64,000 bases of DNA, taken from Callorhinchus milii (taxonomy: Eukaryota). Location: assembly GCF_018977255.1 (NCBI RefSeq), contig NW_024704743.1, forward strand, positions 113,834,001-113,898,000. The letters are read 5' to 3'. The notes under the pieces are model-generated. The model saw nothing but the letters and a program-made list of their open reading frames with translations. It did no database searches and was not told the origin of the DNA. The position numbers and the translations under genes are program-made. Of the stretch, positions 1-13,281 are shown piece by piece (the stretch's first letter is position 1; each line of letters starts with the position of its first letter).

Positions 1-619
1 AATGTAAAACAATAATCTTTCTAAATCACACAATTTCATGATAATGTATTGAATAAATTAGACACCATGACAAATTGAACATTGTGTGTATATTTTTTTC
101 AGAATTTTAGAGTGGTCAGTAAAGTATACTGGAAAGTCTAATATGTACCCTATTTTAGACCAACCCCATTGTTGATATATAAAAACCTTGTGGGTAAATT
201 ATGCAAAATGGCATGGACAGCACTGAATAAATGCCTCCTTCACAAGTACCTGACTGTGGGACTCCGCAGTATCAGCCCTTCTTGCTTTCATCCCACAAAA
301 CACTGTCTGGCGCAACGCAGTGCCAGTTCTCTCTTCTGGTGTCAGCTGAGGCTCAGGTAGTATTGTTCTTCTCTGTTTGTCATACGTTTGTTGCCCCATC
401 TCAGGTCACCATCCCAAATACCCAGGTTTATATAAATAATATCCCATTACGTTTATTTGGTTGTTCAGGGATAAGGGATACTTAAGCAATTTGACTCCAC
501 CAAGAAAAATAAGTAGATTTTGAAGAAGTTAGAACAATGTCTGCCACAAGAGGGCAATATAATACTTGAAGATAATGTTGGATTGAGATAATTTTAGATT
601 TAAAACTGCTAACATTTTA

Positions 620-1640
<1,021 letters not shown>

Positions 1641-1928
1641 CCTGCCACCTGGAGCCACTGTGGCTTTGGGTTGACGTGTACAACTGACTTGTCTGGTGCT
1701 GTTTGGAGAGGGACAGCCACAGGGTTACCACCTCCTTTTGTTATACACCTCCTTACCCCCCCCCACCACCTTCTCTAATGTGTCTCTCAAATTTCCTTTT
1801 GAATTTGCAAGCAAACCCCATTTTTTTTTTGCTTTCAGACATGTGTGACTTTAGCCCTTCTCCTGCTGCCTCGACTTTTTATTGCAAGTGCAACTTTTTA
1901 AAAAAAAATGTATATACATTATATATGT

Positions 1929-2253
1929 GGAGTCCTGTAGCTCAGTGGTTAGAGCACTCGCTTTGCAAGTGAGAGACCTGAGTTCAATTCCAGGCAGAGG
2001 GAGAAACCTTGGGCAAGTTTCCTTACTCCACACAGAGCCTAATAATAATCCCTCCAAAAATCAAAAAAAACAATAATAAAATTGGTCATTTTCAATCTAC
2101 GACTGTTTGTGGGACATTGCTGTGCGCAATTGGCTGCCGCGTTCGCCCACAAATATACAGTCAATTCAATTTACAGTATATTCTGTGAAGCGCTTTGGGA
2201 CGTCCTCCCGACGTGAAAAGCGCTATATCAAATGCAATGATTATTATTATTAT
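1929..2253 (+). mobile_element. tRNA-derived SINE, full length, short subfamily
   Basis: Pol III A box TAGCTCAGTGG and B box GAGTTCAATTCC, Deu-like body TTGGCTGCCGCGTT, L2-type tail, (ATT)n end; possible TATATGT target-site duplication. Confidence 0.92.
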
Positions 2254-3348
2254 ATGTAAACTGTTTTTGAAAGAGTGCAATTCACGAGAAGAAAAAAAGC
2301 TTTTTGAGCACCCGAATCCAGATTTAGGATTTTAATGTCTCTGATAATCAGCACTTATAGTGTGTCGCATGTCACACGACAACGGTATTGGATCATTTTC
2401 TGACTTTTTAAAAATATATAATTCACTCATCGGAACTTCCTTCGTTTTTAAACGCAAGTTTAAAAGTCAGACTTTGCAACAATACATTTACTTGTACTAT
2501 TAACCTGAAATATTCAAGTGCAAGATGACTACTTCCATTCCAAGTGAGTTCACAACAAGAAGTACCAACTTAAAACACAGAATTAATTTTTAATATGTAC
2601 TGTCAATCAGAAATCATTGTAAAATCCTTTACACCAGCTCTAGTCTCAATAGTTTTCCTAGAAAGTCCCAGTGGGTGTTCCAGCAGATTTTACATTTGCT
2701 GCTGTTGAATTTGTTGTTTGAGGCTGAGGGGAAATGAAACTTAAACCTCCAAGATTTCAGGCTTCACCTGTCTTGGATGGATTGGCTTTTGTGGAGACAT
2801 ATCTAATCACAATTACAACTTGAATTTGATTGTTTAGCCTTCTACAGTCTTTCAACACTGATTGGCTCCTTGTCCATATCAAAGGTGTATTTTTTAACCT
2901 ACCATTTTGTTCTGGATAAGTTAGAGAAAAGTAAAAAGCTTGTTTTGATGACTTTTTAAAAATCCATGTCAAGCGGCAAACACTGTAACTGGATAATTCT
3001 GATTCAAACATATGATTTGCGCCAAGTAATCATGTAAATCAACAGAGGTATACAGTATATCATCAATGCAGCGTTTTGGAAATGAATACATTTTGGCAGT
3101 TAAGCACAGATGGGGAGAATCAGTTGGGCTGTTGCATTGTTGATTGAATTGACTCAAGGGAGCGCTTAACAACCAGAACCCTATTTACATTTTAGAATGT
3201 ATGAGCAGCATCAAAACCCCGCTGTATGTTGTCTGATTTGTATTGACTGGCAGCCTTGAAAGTAGAGTAATACATTTTGTGTTCTATTGATCAGATAGGG
3301 AGATAGCATCAAGTTGGAGACCTTTTTTCTTTTATTTTTGTTTTACAG

Positions 3349-3412
3349 GTGACAGCTAAAATTGCTGTCTCGTTTGTCACTGTCCAGTACAATATTACAT
3401 TTCCTACGACAG
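3349..3412 (+). CDS. TRAM1: TRAM1 exon 2, VTAKIAVSFVTVQYNITFPTT (luminal N-glycosylation sequon NIT)
   Basis: Polypyrimidine tract + CAG acceptor; donor CAG|GTAAGT; 64 nt; QYNxT motif of TRAM1. Confidence 0.95.
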
Positions 3413-3462
3413 GTAAGTTGTCTTTGTTTTATGACTTTGCCATTGTTTCCAGTTTTAATAGT

Positions 3463-3822
3463 GGAGTCCTGTAGCTTCATGGTTAGAGCATTTGCCTTGC
3501 AGGCGAGAGGACCTGGGTTTGATTCCTGGACAGGGCATGTTTCCTTACTCCACACGCCTCTATTCATCTAGCAGGAAGTTGGAACCTGGTTGGTATCCAT
3601 TGGAGGATCGCTTTTTTTGGGGTAATGATCCCTTCAAAAAAATAAATAATTTGGTCACTCAATCTACAACCGTTTGGGAAGGGACACTACTCTGCGCAAT
3701 TGGCTGTTGCATTTCTCCCACAAAATATAGTCAATTCACTTTGCGGTATATTCTGTGAAGTGCTTTGAAACATTTCGAAGACACGATAAGGTGCTATATC
3801 AAATGCAGGGATTATTATTATT
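3463..3822 (+). mobile_element. tRNA-derived SINE, long subfamily
   Basis: Same head and tail plus extra internal block TTCATCTAGCAG..GGAACCTGGTT. Confidence 0.88.
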
Positions 3823-4705
3823 TTTATTAATTGTTTGTAGTACCTACAAGTGTAAACCATCCTGAAGTTCATCTGAGTAAAATCGGTTATCTTGGAGGTA
3901 GCTATTAGGCATCCAAATCAGGAACTAATTTGCAAAGCTGCTAAGCTATTGTTCCTATATAATATAAAACGGGTCTGCTTATATTTGAGACTTTTGCTTA
4001 AATATATATATACATATTGCTATATGAGCTTTATTTCCCTTTCAGTGATGTTACCATTTCTTTCTAATTGGACTCAGCAGTAGTAAAACAATTTTTACAT
4101 TTCATATAGTCATCATAAGGTCTCAAAGATCGTCACAGGATTTTTATGTAATGTGTATTGACTGATTATTTGTAGGCGAATGCTGCAGCCAACTTGCAAT
4201 CTCTCACAAATAGCCATGAAGTGAACAGACAATTTTTATCTGTCCAACTGTACCCTTTAATGGTGAATTTTCTTTTGAACATTATCAAATATTTTGTGGA
4301 AATTATCAGTCTGTCCTTTCTTGAGACATTAAACCAGGCAGCCATCTTCCTATTTAAGTGGACATTAAAAATCCCCTTGCACTATTTGAAACAAGAAATT
4401 AGTTTCCTCCCAGGGTCCCGCTCAGTAATCTTCCAGATTCATTTTTTGCTGTTTGCAAAATATCTGGTTGGTTTGACTACAAATCTGCAGTCACTACACT
4501 TGACAGCAGTTATCTGTGAAATGCTTTGACTTTTGAAGTTATAGGCACTAGATCAAATGTAAACATTATTATTGTACAACTGATAATTATGTACGTTATG
4601 TCTGTGTCCTAATTTCTGATAGCATTAGTTCTTGTTTTGTGCAAACATTTGTTTACCATTAGTCTTTCTGTGCATTCAGTTCTGTATAATATTTGTTTTC
4701 AATAA

Positions 4706-4858
<153 letters not shown>

Positions 4859-4923
4859 TAGCGTAGTTAAATTGACCAGAAGCGATCCTGGACTTGGTTC
4901 ATACAGTTACAAAATGACAATGA

Positions 4924-5103
<180 letters not shown>

Positions 5104-5155
5104 TAAGAGGCCTAAAAAAAACGAAGCAAACTTTCCCTTTTGATTTTTTTTCTAG

Positions 5156-5214
5156 GAAAAGTATGCAACATATCCCACAAATTTATGGGAAAGCTACCCT
5201 CATACACAAATGCC
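5156..5214 (+). CDS. TRAM1: TRAM1 exon 5, EKYATYPTNLWESYPHTQM(P)
   Basis: T-rich TCTAG acceptor, GTGAGT donor, 59 nt, LW..YPH motif. Confidence 0.95.
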
Positions 5215-5482
5215 GTGAGTACTTACATAATTTCTGTTGGTGAAACAAACTTGGCATAACTTTATTGTAAAACACCATTGCAGCAACGGGGAGGGGGGAA
5301 GGTAGAAGCAGGGTCTCCTTAGAACTAATTTGTTTGGCAACAGAATGTCAGGATCAAGCCAACCCTCTTTGGTGGTCTCAGTAGTCCAGCTTCTGGGCCA
5401 ACGGGTAGGGTGGTCCTAGCTGGACAAGCAACAGGAAAGCTTGCATACAGTGGTTTCAGTGCACATGTTTATTTTATATTGA

Positions 5483-5650
<168 letters not shown>

Positions 5651-5728
5651 TAGGAATGATGAGAGAATGAACAAAGAATGTTGGGTAAAGATAATGTTGA
5701 TACATATATTTTATAGAAACTAATTTTC

Positions 5729-5929
5729 GACCAAATTTTTTTTTGAGGGATTATTAAACCCAGAAAACAATCGGCCAATCGACTAATAATCAGGTTCCTA
5801 CTTACTTGCTAGGTAAACAGAGGCGTGTGTGGAGTAAGGAAACTTGCCTAACATTTTGCCCTGCCAGGAATTGAACCCAGGTCTTTCGCTTGCCAGGCGA
5901 GTGCTCTAACCACTGAGCTACAGGACTCC
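5729..5929 (-). mobile_element. tRNA-derived SINE, 5' half, long subfamily
   Basis: Reverse complement of the head (..CACTGAGCTACAGGACTCC) and of the internal block. Confidence 0.85.
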
Positions 5930-6810
5930 ACTGATAGTTAACCAGGAAGTTGCACCAGTTCTCCGTGACCTAAAGCTGCATAAATTCTGCATTTATTTTG
6001 CTAAAATGGTCTATTCTTTTCAAATATTGAAATTTAAAGTTTTCTATTATAAATCAGCGAAGCACAGCACAAGTTAGACCTTGTTAGTTGGTATTAGAGA
6101 GGTGGTGGACGAGAAAAAGGGTGGTGTATTAATACAGTCATCCCTGTCCTTCCTGTCCAGAAAAAACTGTCCTAAATGCATTGTAAACCCTGTTCCATTG
6201 GCAGTTCTTGGTTTAAAAAAAAGCATCACAAATCTCTTTCAGAGAATGCACAAAATCCTAAACTGATATCATTTTTCAAGCTTGAATTTGGAAAGTATTT
6301 TAAAACCTAAAAAAAGAGGGAAAATCTAACTTTAATCTATTTGATAACGTTAGTAATCTAGTGGAAAATATTGTGTGTTCAACAAGGAAGATGCAGTAGT
6401 TTGTTAGCGCAAGCTTACCATTTATACGAGTTTGAATAGAAATGATTGCACTGCTTAATTAATGATTTTACAATAACATGCTGGGGACTGCTGTATCTAG
6501 TCATTAGAAGCTTATTTGACGTCTTACCATCTAGAGATCTTCAATAGATAGCAAATGTCTGTTTGAACAACTAAATGATAAAGATACAATGTTCCATGTT
6601 GGGGTATTGATCATTATATCGCCCCTAACTGATGATAAATTATTACACTCTTTAAAAATGTAGTGAAAAGGAACAGACAGACTGGATTTGGTTAGTTAAA
6701 GGAGTTGTACTTGGTTGAGTGATGTTGCAGCACATAAAGGGCTGTTATAATATTTCTTCAAAGCTCCATGTGGGTTCTGTATTGCTAATTTGTCATTTGT
6801 CTATTTCCAG

Positions 6811-6881
6811 GAGGATATTCCTCGGCAGCTTTTGTACACAGCTTTGTACATCTTCCACATTGCTGGAGCTTATATATTAAA
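6811..6881 (+). CDS. TRAM1: TRAM1 exon 7, EDIPRQLLYTALYIFHIAGAYIL(N)
   Basis: TTTCCAG acceptor, GTGAGT donor, 71 nt. Confidence 0.96.
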
Positions 6882-7182
6882 GTGAGTCTTGCTTTTTTTT
6901 ACAAAATCAACATAGTTTGAACAAAACCCAAGTCTCAAAAGCTGTTGTGCGATAGATGACAAAAGGTGAATAACATAGACAAAATTCAACTGTAATAAGT
7001 CTACTAAGATCAACCGTATTGATTGATACTATTTTGATACCTGTCTATACTTGCTTTATATGCAACTTTTGAGACTCCAGCTCTTTGAGTTCATTTTTTG
7101 TGAGTAGGGTTATTTACTTCCAAGAAAAAATATTTATTTCTTGTTGGATTTGCAAAATAAATTTTGAATAATTTTCTTTTAA

Positions 7183-7299
<117 letters not shown>

Positions 7300-7934
7300 T
7301 AAGTGTATATGGTCTCTTACTCATGCGATGTGGAGAAGTACCACACGTGATCCAATTAAAGGCAAATGTTTGGAAATTCTGAGTAGAATAGCATCAGTTA
7401 TTTTAATGCTTAAGATGTTCAAAACCCTTCAACTGAGACTTGAAGCTATGTCCATCAACAGAAGTTCAAATGCAGTGTTAACTATCATATGCTGAAAGAG
7501 TGTTTGAACATGTACCATTCTCTTGGAAATGTGCCTGGACACTGGGAAAGATGCCTGCTATGCAATTTGTTCACAATCCTTTTTCTTCTCTAAATGATTT
7601 GTGTGGGTGTATTTTCACAGGCATGGGCAGTCCTCTGGTAACTTTGCCAAGTGGCCTCTCCATGTGTGGCCTCTCCATTCACCACAATTATTTCAGATTA
7701 GGCACTGTACACATTCTCCACAGTGCAGGTTGCAGTTAGGATTTTTCTTACATATTACATTTAAGCAGACTAAATTAATGAAATGCATTATTTTGAATTA
7801 TATTATTGTCAGAATCAAACAAATTTACTGTTAGGGTTTTACTGTGCTATCTTCTCCTGTTAACCTGAGCTTTAGCGATATACAAATTGGCGCAGCCAGA
7901 TATTCGGGAATTGTACATGCAGATTGGGTCTAAT

Positions 7935-8462
7935 ATACAGCATTGCTGGGCACTGCACTTTAGGAAAGATGTTAGGGCATTGGAGAGGGTGCAAAGGAGG
8001 TTTACCAGGATGGTACCAGGGAATGAAGGACCTTAGTTATGAGGAAAGGTTAGCAAAACTAGGATTATTCTCCCTAGAGCAGAGATTAAGAGGGGATTTA
8101 ATAGAGGTTTTCAAGATCATGAGAGGATATGATAGGGTGAACCAAGAAAAACTGTTTCCACTGGCATGTGTGTCAGTAACCCGAGGTCACCAATTTAAGT
8201 TAGTTGTTAAAAGAAACGGGAGATTAGGAAAAGAAATTTCACCCAGCCAGTTGTTCGGATCTGGAATGTATTACCTGAAAGGGTAGTGGAAGCCGATTCA
8301 ATGACAACTTTTAAGAGAGAAGTACATGGATATTTGGGGAGGACCGGATTGCAGGGCTAAGGAGAGAAAGCGGGCCAGTGGGATTGAGTTGGATTGCTCT
8401 TTTCGGAGCCGGCGCAGACACGATGGGCCGAATAGCCTCTTTCTGTACTGTATGGTTCTATG
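7935..8462 (+). mobile_element. CR1 LINE 3' fragment (end of ORF2 + 3' UTR)
   Basis: Translates to MKDLSYEERLAKLGLFSLEQRLRGDLIEVFKIMRG..TRGHQFKL, typical of the CR1 ORF2 C-terminus; ends GATGGGCCGAATAGCCT..TTCTATG. Confidence 0.92.
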
Positions 8463-8837
8463 AATGGACTTTACTAAGAAATGCCATGCATTTCACCCCA
8501 ATCCATAGAGATCTGTGCATCAGACTAATATATTTTCTGAGCATTTCGGGAAATCTTTGTAATGTATTTATGGCTCTCAGAAGGAGTCCCCATCAAGATT
8601 CTGTATTACCTAGCCATGAAGGTTGTGCTCCCACTTGGAGGGTAGTAGATTTGAATTTTGGATTGGTTCCCAATCAGTTGTCATTCTGACCACTAGATGG
8701 AGCAACCATAATAACAATTAAATTTTGGGTCAAGAGGAAAATTGACTGGAGCATCTTTTTAAAAAGCTTTCCACACTTAGATTTTCAAACCAGCTTGCGC
8801 TAGGGTAGAGTTACCTTTTGATATTTCAGTCAAGTCA

Positions 8838-9142
8838 GGAGTCCTGTAGCTCAGTGGTTAGAGCACTCGCCTCGCAAGCGAGAGACCTGGGTTCGATTCC
8901 CAGCAGGGCGAAACCTTGGACAAATTTACTTATTCCACACCCCTGATAATAATCCCTCAAGAAAAAAAAACAATAATTGGTCACTCAATCCACGACTGTT
9001 TGTGGGACACTGTTGTGTGCAATTGGTTTTGCGTTGCATTCAAAAATGTACAGTCAATTCACTTTACAGTATATTCTGTGAAGCACTTTGAGACATCTAG
9101 AAGACATGAAAAGTGCTATATCAAATGCAAGGATTATTATTT
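8838..9142 (+). mobile_element. tRNA-derived SINE, full length
   Basis: Intact A/B boxes, cloverleaf-like head 8840-8910, body and (ATT)n tail. Confidence 0.9.
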
Positions 9143-9697
9143 TATTTTATCAAGAAACCATTCTGTATTTGTGAGCCCGGCCAGTGAATAGCAGACTGTT
9201 CTAGCCTGATTCTAAACAAGAGTTTGGGACCTTGCCAGTAAGGGTGGCTCAGTTTTACAGTAATTGTGCATTGACTAACTGAGCCATTGGGAAAAGCACT
9301 GTATTTCTTTCCCACAGACCTACACCTCATGTGAAATAATAATAATCCTTTCATTTGACATAGTGCCTTATTTTGTCCTTGAGACATCTCAAAGTGCTTC
9401 ACAGAATATACTGTAAAGTGAATTGATTGTATATTTTGTGGGAGAAACAATTTCTTGTTGTCATCCATAATCTTCTCACTCTCTTCCACTCATGGATTTT
9501 AATGGGAAGCAGCAGAAAATAACCCTGGGTTGGCAAAATTTTCATTTCAAACTAGTCTGTTCCCTTTGTAGTTTGTTGATTTTTAAGAATCGTGCAGATC
9601 TTGTAAAACTGCCATTTAACAATACTTTGCTGTTTTATTCATAATTCTACATATTGAGGAAGCCATGTATTAAATGTCATTTTTCTTTTATTCCTAG

Positions 9698-9841
9698 ATT
9701 TACTGTTTGGGCCTTATTGTTCGTAGTGACACGACTGCTTACTCTCTCCCTATCTGTCCTGACGTTTGGATTTGGCCTTGCAGGAGCTGAAAATCAAGGT
9801 CTTGATTTAGCTGCTGGAAACTTTAACATACTGGCTGTAAG
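9698..9841 (+). CDS. TRAM1: TRAM1 exon 9, [47 protein letters not shown](R)
   Basis: TTCCTAG acceptor, AG|GTAAAA donor, 144 nt; overlaps ORF 9654..9845. Confidence 0.97.
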
Positions 9842-10394
9842 GTAAAAAAAAACTACAATCTGCTGTTTTCTTGTGCTTTCATTATCCAAGATAAAAAGAA
9901 AATCTTGTTATAAACTTAGAATTTTTTTTGTAGCACAAAAGAAGGCTATTCTGCCCATCGTGATCCGCATATAGTATTTTCTGGTCGTTCTCCAATATAA
10001 CACACCAGGAGCTGATATTTGTCCGTTTCACATCTGAAAAGGTTTTAAGGTTAAATGTGTTTGATAGCTACAAACGTTCAGTCTTCATGGAAGGAACATA
10101 AATGGAACAAAGCATGACTTGTCACAAGTGTAGCGTTAGATGCTAGACTGCCATTTCAGGATAGGACAACAGATCAGCTAACACAAATCTGGGTCCTTTC
10201 CAGTCCTAACTACTAATCAAATTAAATCTTTGAACCATTGAGTAATCAGAGATTACTCTGTACGCTGTAATCCAGACGTCTGCTAAAGTAAGCAAACCAG
10301 GGTTATGTAACCTACACCAGTTATTGACTGTACCACAGTAACCAATGTGGGAAGTCAGGTAACACAAATATAAACAGTGTTCATTTGTAAGTAC

Positions 10395-11270
10395 AACAAC
10401 AACTTGCACTTATATAGCGCCCTCCACGCAGGGTAGCAGCTCAGAGCGCTTAACAGTGGCGGAGCCTGACTCCGAGCCAGGGGGAGGGGGAGGTGGTCAT
10501 AATAATAATAATAATAATCCTTGCATTTGATATAGCACTTTTCACGTCGGGAGGACGTCCCAAAGCGCTTCACAGAATAATAATAATAATATAATAATAA
10601 TAATAATAATAATCCTTGCATTTGATATAGCGCTTTTCACGTCGGGAGGACGTCCCAAAGCGCTTCACAGAATAATAATAATAATATAATAATAATAATA
10701 ATAATAATCCTTGCATTTGATATAGCGCTTTTCACGTCAGGAGGACGTCCCAAAGCGCTTCACAGAACACACTGTAAAGTGAATTGACTGTATATTTGAG
10801 GGCGAACGCGGCAGCCAATTGCGCACAGCAATGTCCCACAAACAGTCGTAGATTGAAAATGACCAATTTATTATTGTTTTGGGTTTTGGAGGGATTATTA
10901 TTAGGCGTGTGGAGTAAGGAAACTTGCCCAAAGTTTCGCCCTGACCTGCCTGGAATTGAACTCAGGTCTCTCGCTTGCAAAGCGAGTGCTCTAACCACTG
11001 AGCTACAGGACTCCAAAGCATGGTCGAAGAGGAACGTTTTCAGGCAGGCCCTGAAAGAGGGGAGAGAGGGGGCAAGGCAGAGGGATTGAGAGAGAGTGTT
11101 CCAGAGTTTTGGGGCATAGTAGCTGAAAGAGCGACCTCCCGATGGAGGGTGCGAGGGACGAGCAGGAGGCCAGTGTCAGTAGAGTGAGGAGGTCAGAGAG
11201 GTAGAGGGGTGCCAGAGAGTGAATGCATTTGAACACGTGTGTGAGGATCTTGAAGTCGATCCGTTCGGTA
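10395..11270 (-). mobile_element. L2 LINE 3' fragment interrupted by a SINE (10499-11014)
   Basis: Flanks 10395-10498 and 11015-11270 join into the sequence seen uninterrupted at 18525-18930; minus-strand RIDFKILTHVFKCIHSLAPLYLSDLL is L2-like. Confidence 0.8.
10499..11014 (-). mobile_element. tRNA-derived SINE with triplicated 3' tail
   Basis: Head ends at 11014; three tandem copies of (AAT)n CCTTGCATTTG...AGCGCTTCACAG. Confidence 0.9.
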
Positions 11271-11529
11271 ATACGAGACATTAGTATAATCATTATAGGT
11301 CATTAGTACCAAATTTAAAAGAAAATATTTTCCAGACAAGATATGATAGTAGTTTCAGTTGCAAGTTTAATATGATCATATGTAACCTGTGAATTTATTA
11401 TAATCGCAACAACTTGCATTTATATGGCACCTTTTATGCAGGGTAGCATCCTGCAGGGCTTTAATAGGATTGAATGTAAATATTTTAATACTGTTATATG
11501 CAGCATTAACCTATTATATTTGATTCCAG

Positions 11530-11690
11530 AATAAGTGCCCTGACTTGCATTTGCTTGACTCAAGCTTATATGATGTGGAAGTTCGTTAACTTCCAGCTTA
11601 AGAGGTGGAAAGACCATGCACAACTCAACTCCCTAAAGAAGAAAGCTGGCAATACAAAAAGCAAAACAGCTAGAAAAGGAGAAAACAGAG
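11530..11690 (+). CDS. TRAM1: TRAM1 exon 10, ISALTCICLTQAYMMWKFVNFQLKRWKDHAQLNSLKKKAGNTKSKTARKGENR
   Basis: TTCCAG acceptor, GAG|GTCAGT donor, 161 nt; TQA.MMWKF.NFQL.RW motif. Confidence 0.95.
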
Positions 11691-11769
11691 GTCAGTTAGT
11701 ATAAAATACAAACATACAAAAAAATGAATAAAACCCGGATAGACAATATTTGGAATACATTTCTACATT

Positions 11770-12080
11770 TCTAGTGGCAGTCTGCAAAAAAGATATTGCG
11801 TCAAGTGGTGAGAGTGCAACATAAATGTACTAGAATATTACCAGGAATGAGAGAATGGATGCATTTTAAAATTATGAAGGGGTTTCTTAAGATAAACACA
11901 GATACTGTTTTCACTTATTGGCAATTCCATAACAATGGGGCATTAAATCTAGGATAGCCAGGAACAGACCTTCAAGAGAGTTTGGGAGGAAAATCTTCAG
12001 ACGGGGGTTACTGTGAATATGGAACTCATTGCCAAAAGCTGTATTTGAAGCAGGAAGCATCAATGCATTAAAGAGGAAAC
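11770..12080 (+). mobile_element. Degraded CR1 LINE fragment
   Basis: Diverged similarity to 7935-8462 (GAGAGTGCAA..TACCAGGAATGAG..TGGAACTCATTGCC). Confidence 0.55.
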
Positions 12081-13207
12081 ACTGCATAATAATTTAGCAC
12101 CTTTCACAAAGGCTCAATGTCTCTGAAACTCTTAACAGATCTGATAGGGAACAGGGAAAATTAAGGCTATTGACCCAAGGCACAATCAAAGAAAGATGTT
12201 TTTAAGAGGGCTTTAAAGGGAGGGATGGAGGAAAAAGGGCAATAGATTTTTGGAAGGGAGTTCCAGAGGCAGGAGCACAGTGGCTAGTCTTGGATTCTAA
12301 CAGTAGGGTAGGTGGGGAGGTATGAGCAATAGGCTTGAATCGGAAGAGCATAAAGTATAGGCAAGAAAACAGGACTGGAAGAGTTTGCAAAAGTAGCAAA
12401 TGGGTGAGACTGAAGATCCAGTGGAGCCAGCGATGACAACAACAAGATTACATTTGTATAGCGCCTTTCGTGTCGGGAGGACGTCCCAAGGCAGAGTACA
12501 GCATTTCAGACCCGGGGTGGGAGAGAGGGGAAGGGGGGATGACGGGAATAATAGCTGAGCAGTCTGGTATGGAAGAGTGTAAGGGGTGCATACTTGGGAG
12601 CTTGTGAAGGATTGAATTAAAGAAGTTGGCTAAGAGCATTGGAGAAGGGTTCTTAGCAATGGAATGGATGTGCGATTTGAAGCACATCGGGGGGTGAAGC
12701 AGAGCATCAAGATTTATATCTTGCGATAATATGTAATGTTCAAGCAGGCTTTGCGTATTCTGTAAAATATACTAATTTACATTGAGGAATGGATTCTGTA
12801 TGAAGATCTTTATACAGTGACAATCTGTTCTAAGTTACGTATGTTTTTCTTATGTTTCAGTTTATTTTTCTTGAATTGCTTGAGTCTACTTTGCATGCAT
12901 TTTATTGTGCTTGTTCTACATATTGTCTCTAACCACCGTTGACTTAGATGTCTTAAACCACCAAAGCGCTTTGAGAGGTCTAGAAGACGTGATAATACGC
13001 TACATCAAATGCAAGGATTATTATATTATTTCAATCCAATATTTAAACTAAACAGTACTTTGCAAGAAATAATAATAATCCTTGCATTTGATATAGCGCT
13101 TTTCAGGCCTTCTAGACATCTGCTTTACAGAATATACTGTAAAGTGAATTGACTGTATTTGTGGGCGAAAGAAAGAAACATTATTAACTGTATCTTCTGT
13201 ATTCCAG

Positions 13208-13281
13208 CTAACGGAATGAATGGGACTGTGAATTCTGAACATGGAGATTCACCACGTGCAAGAAAAGCAAAGTCCTCCTGA
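13208..13281 (+). CDS. TRAM1: TRAM1 exon 11 (coding part), (A)NGMNGTVNSEHGDSPRARKAKSS*
   Basis: TTCCAG acceptor; NG.NGT...DSPR..K.KSS C-terminus of TRAM1; TGA at 13279-13281; KxKxx COPI retrieval motif; exon sum 1119 nt = 372 aa + stop. Confidence 0.95.

Noticed and set aside
8840..8910. Genuine tRNA-Ala gene
   Set aside because: Continues directly into SINE body and tail, has a 1:72 mismatch, lacks G3:U70, and the head is repeated in many SINE copies
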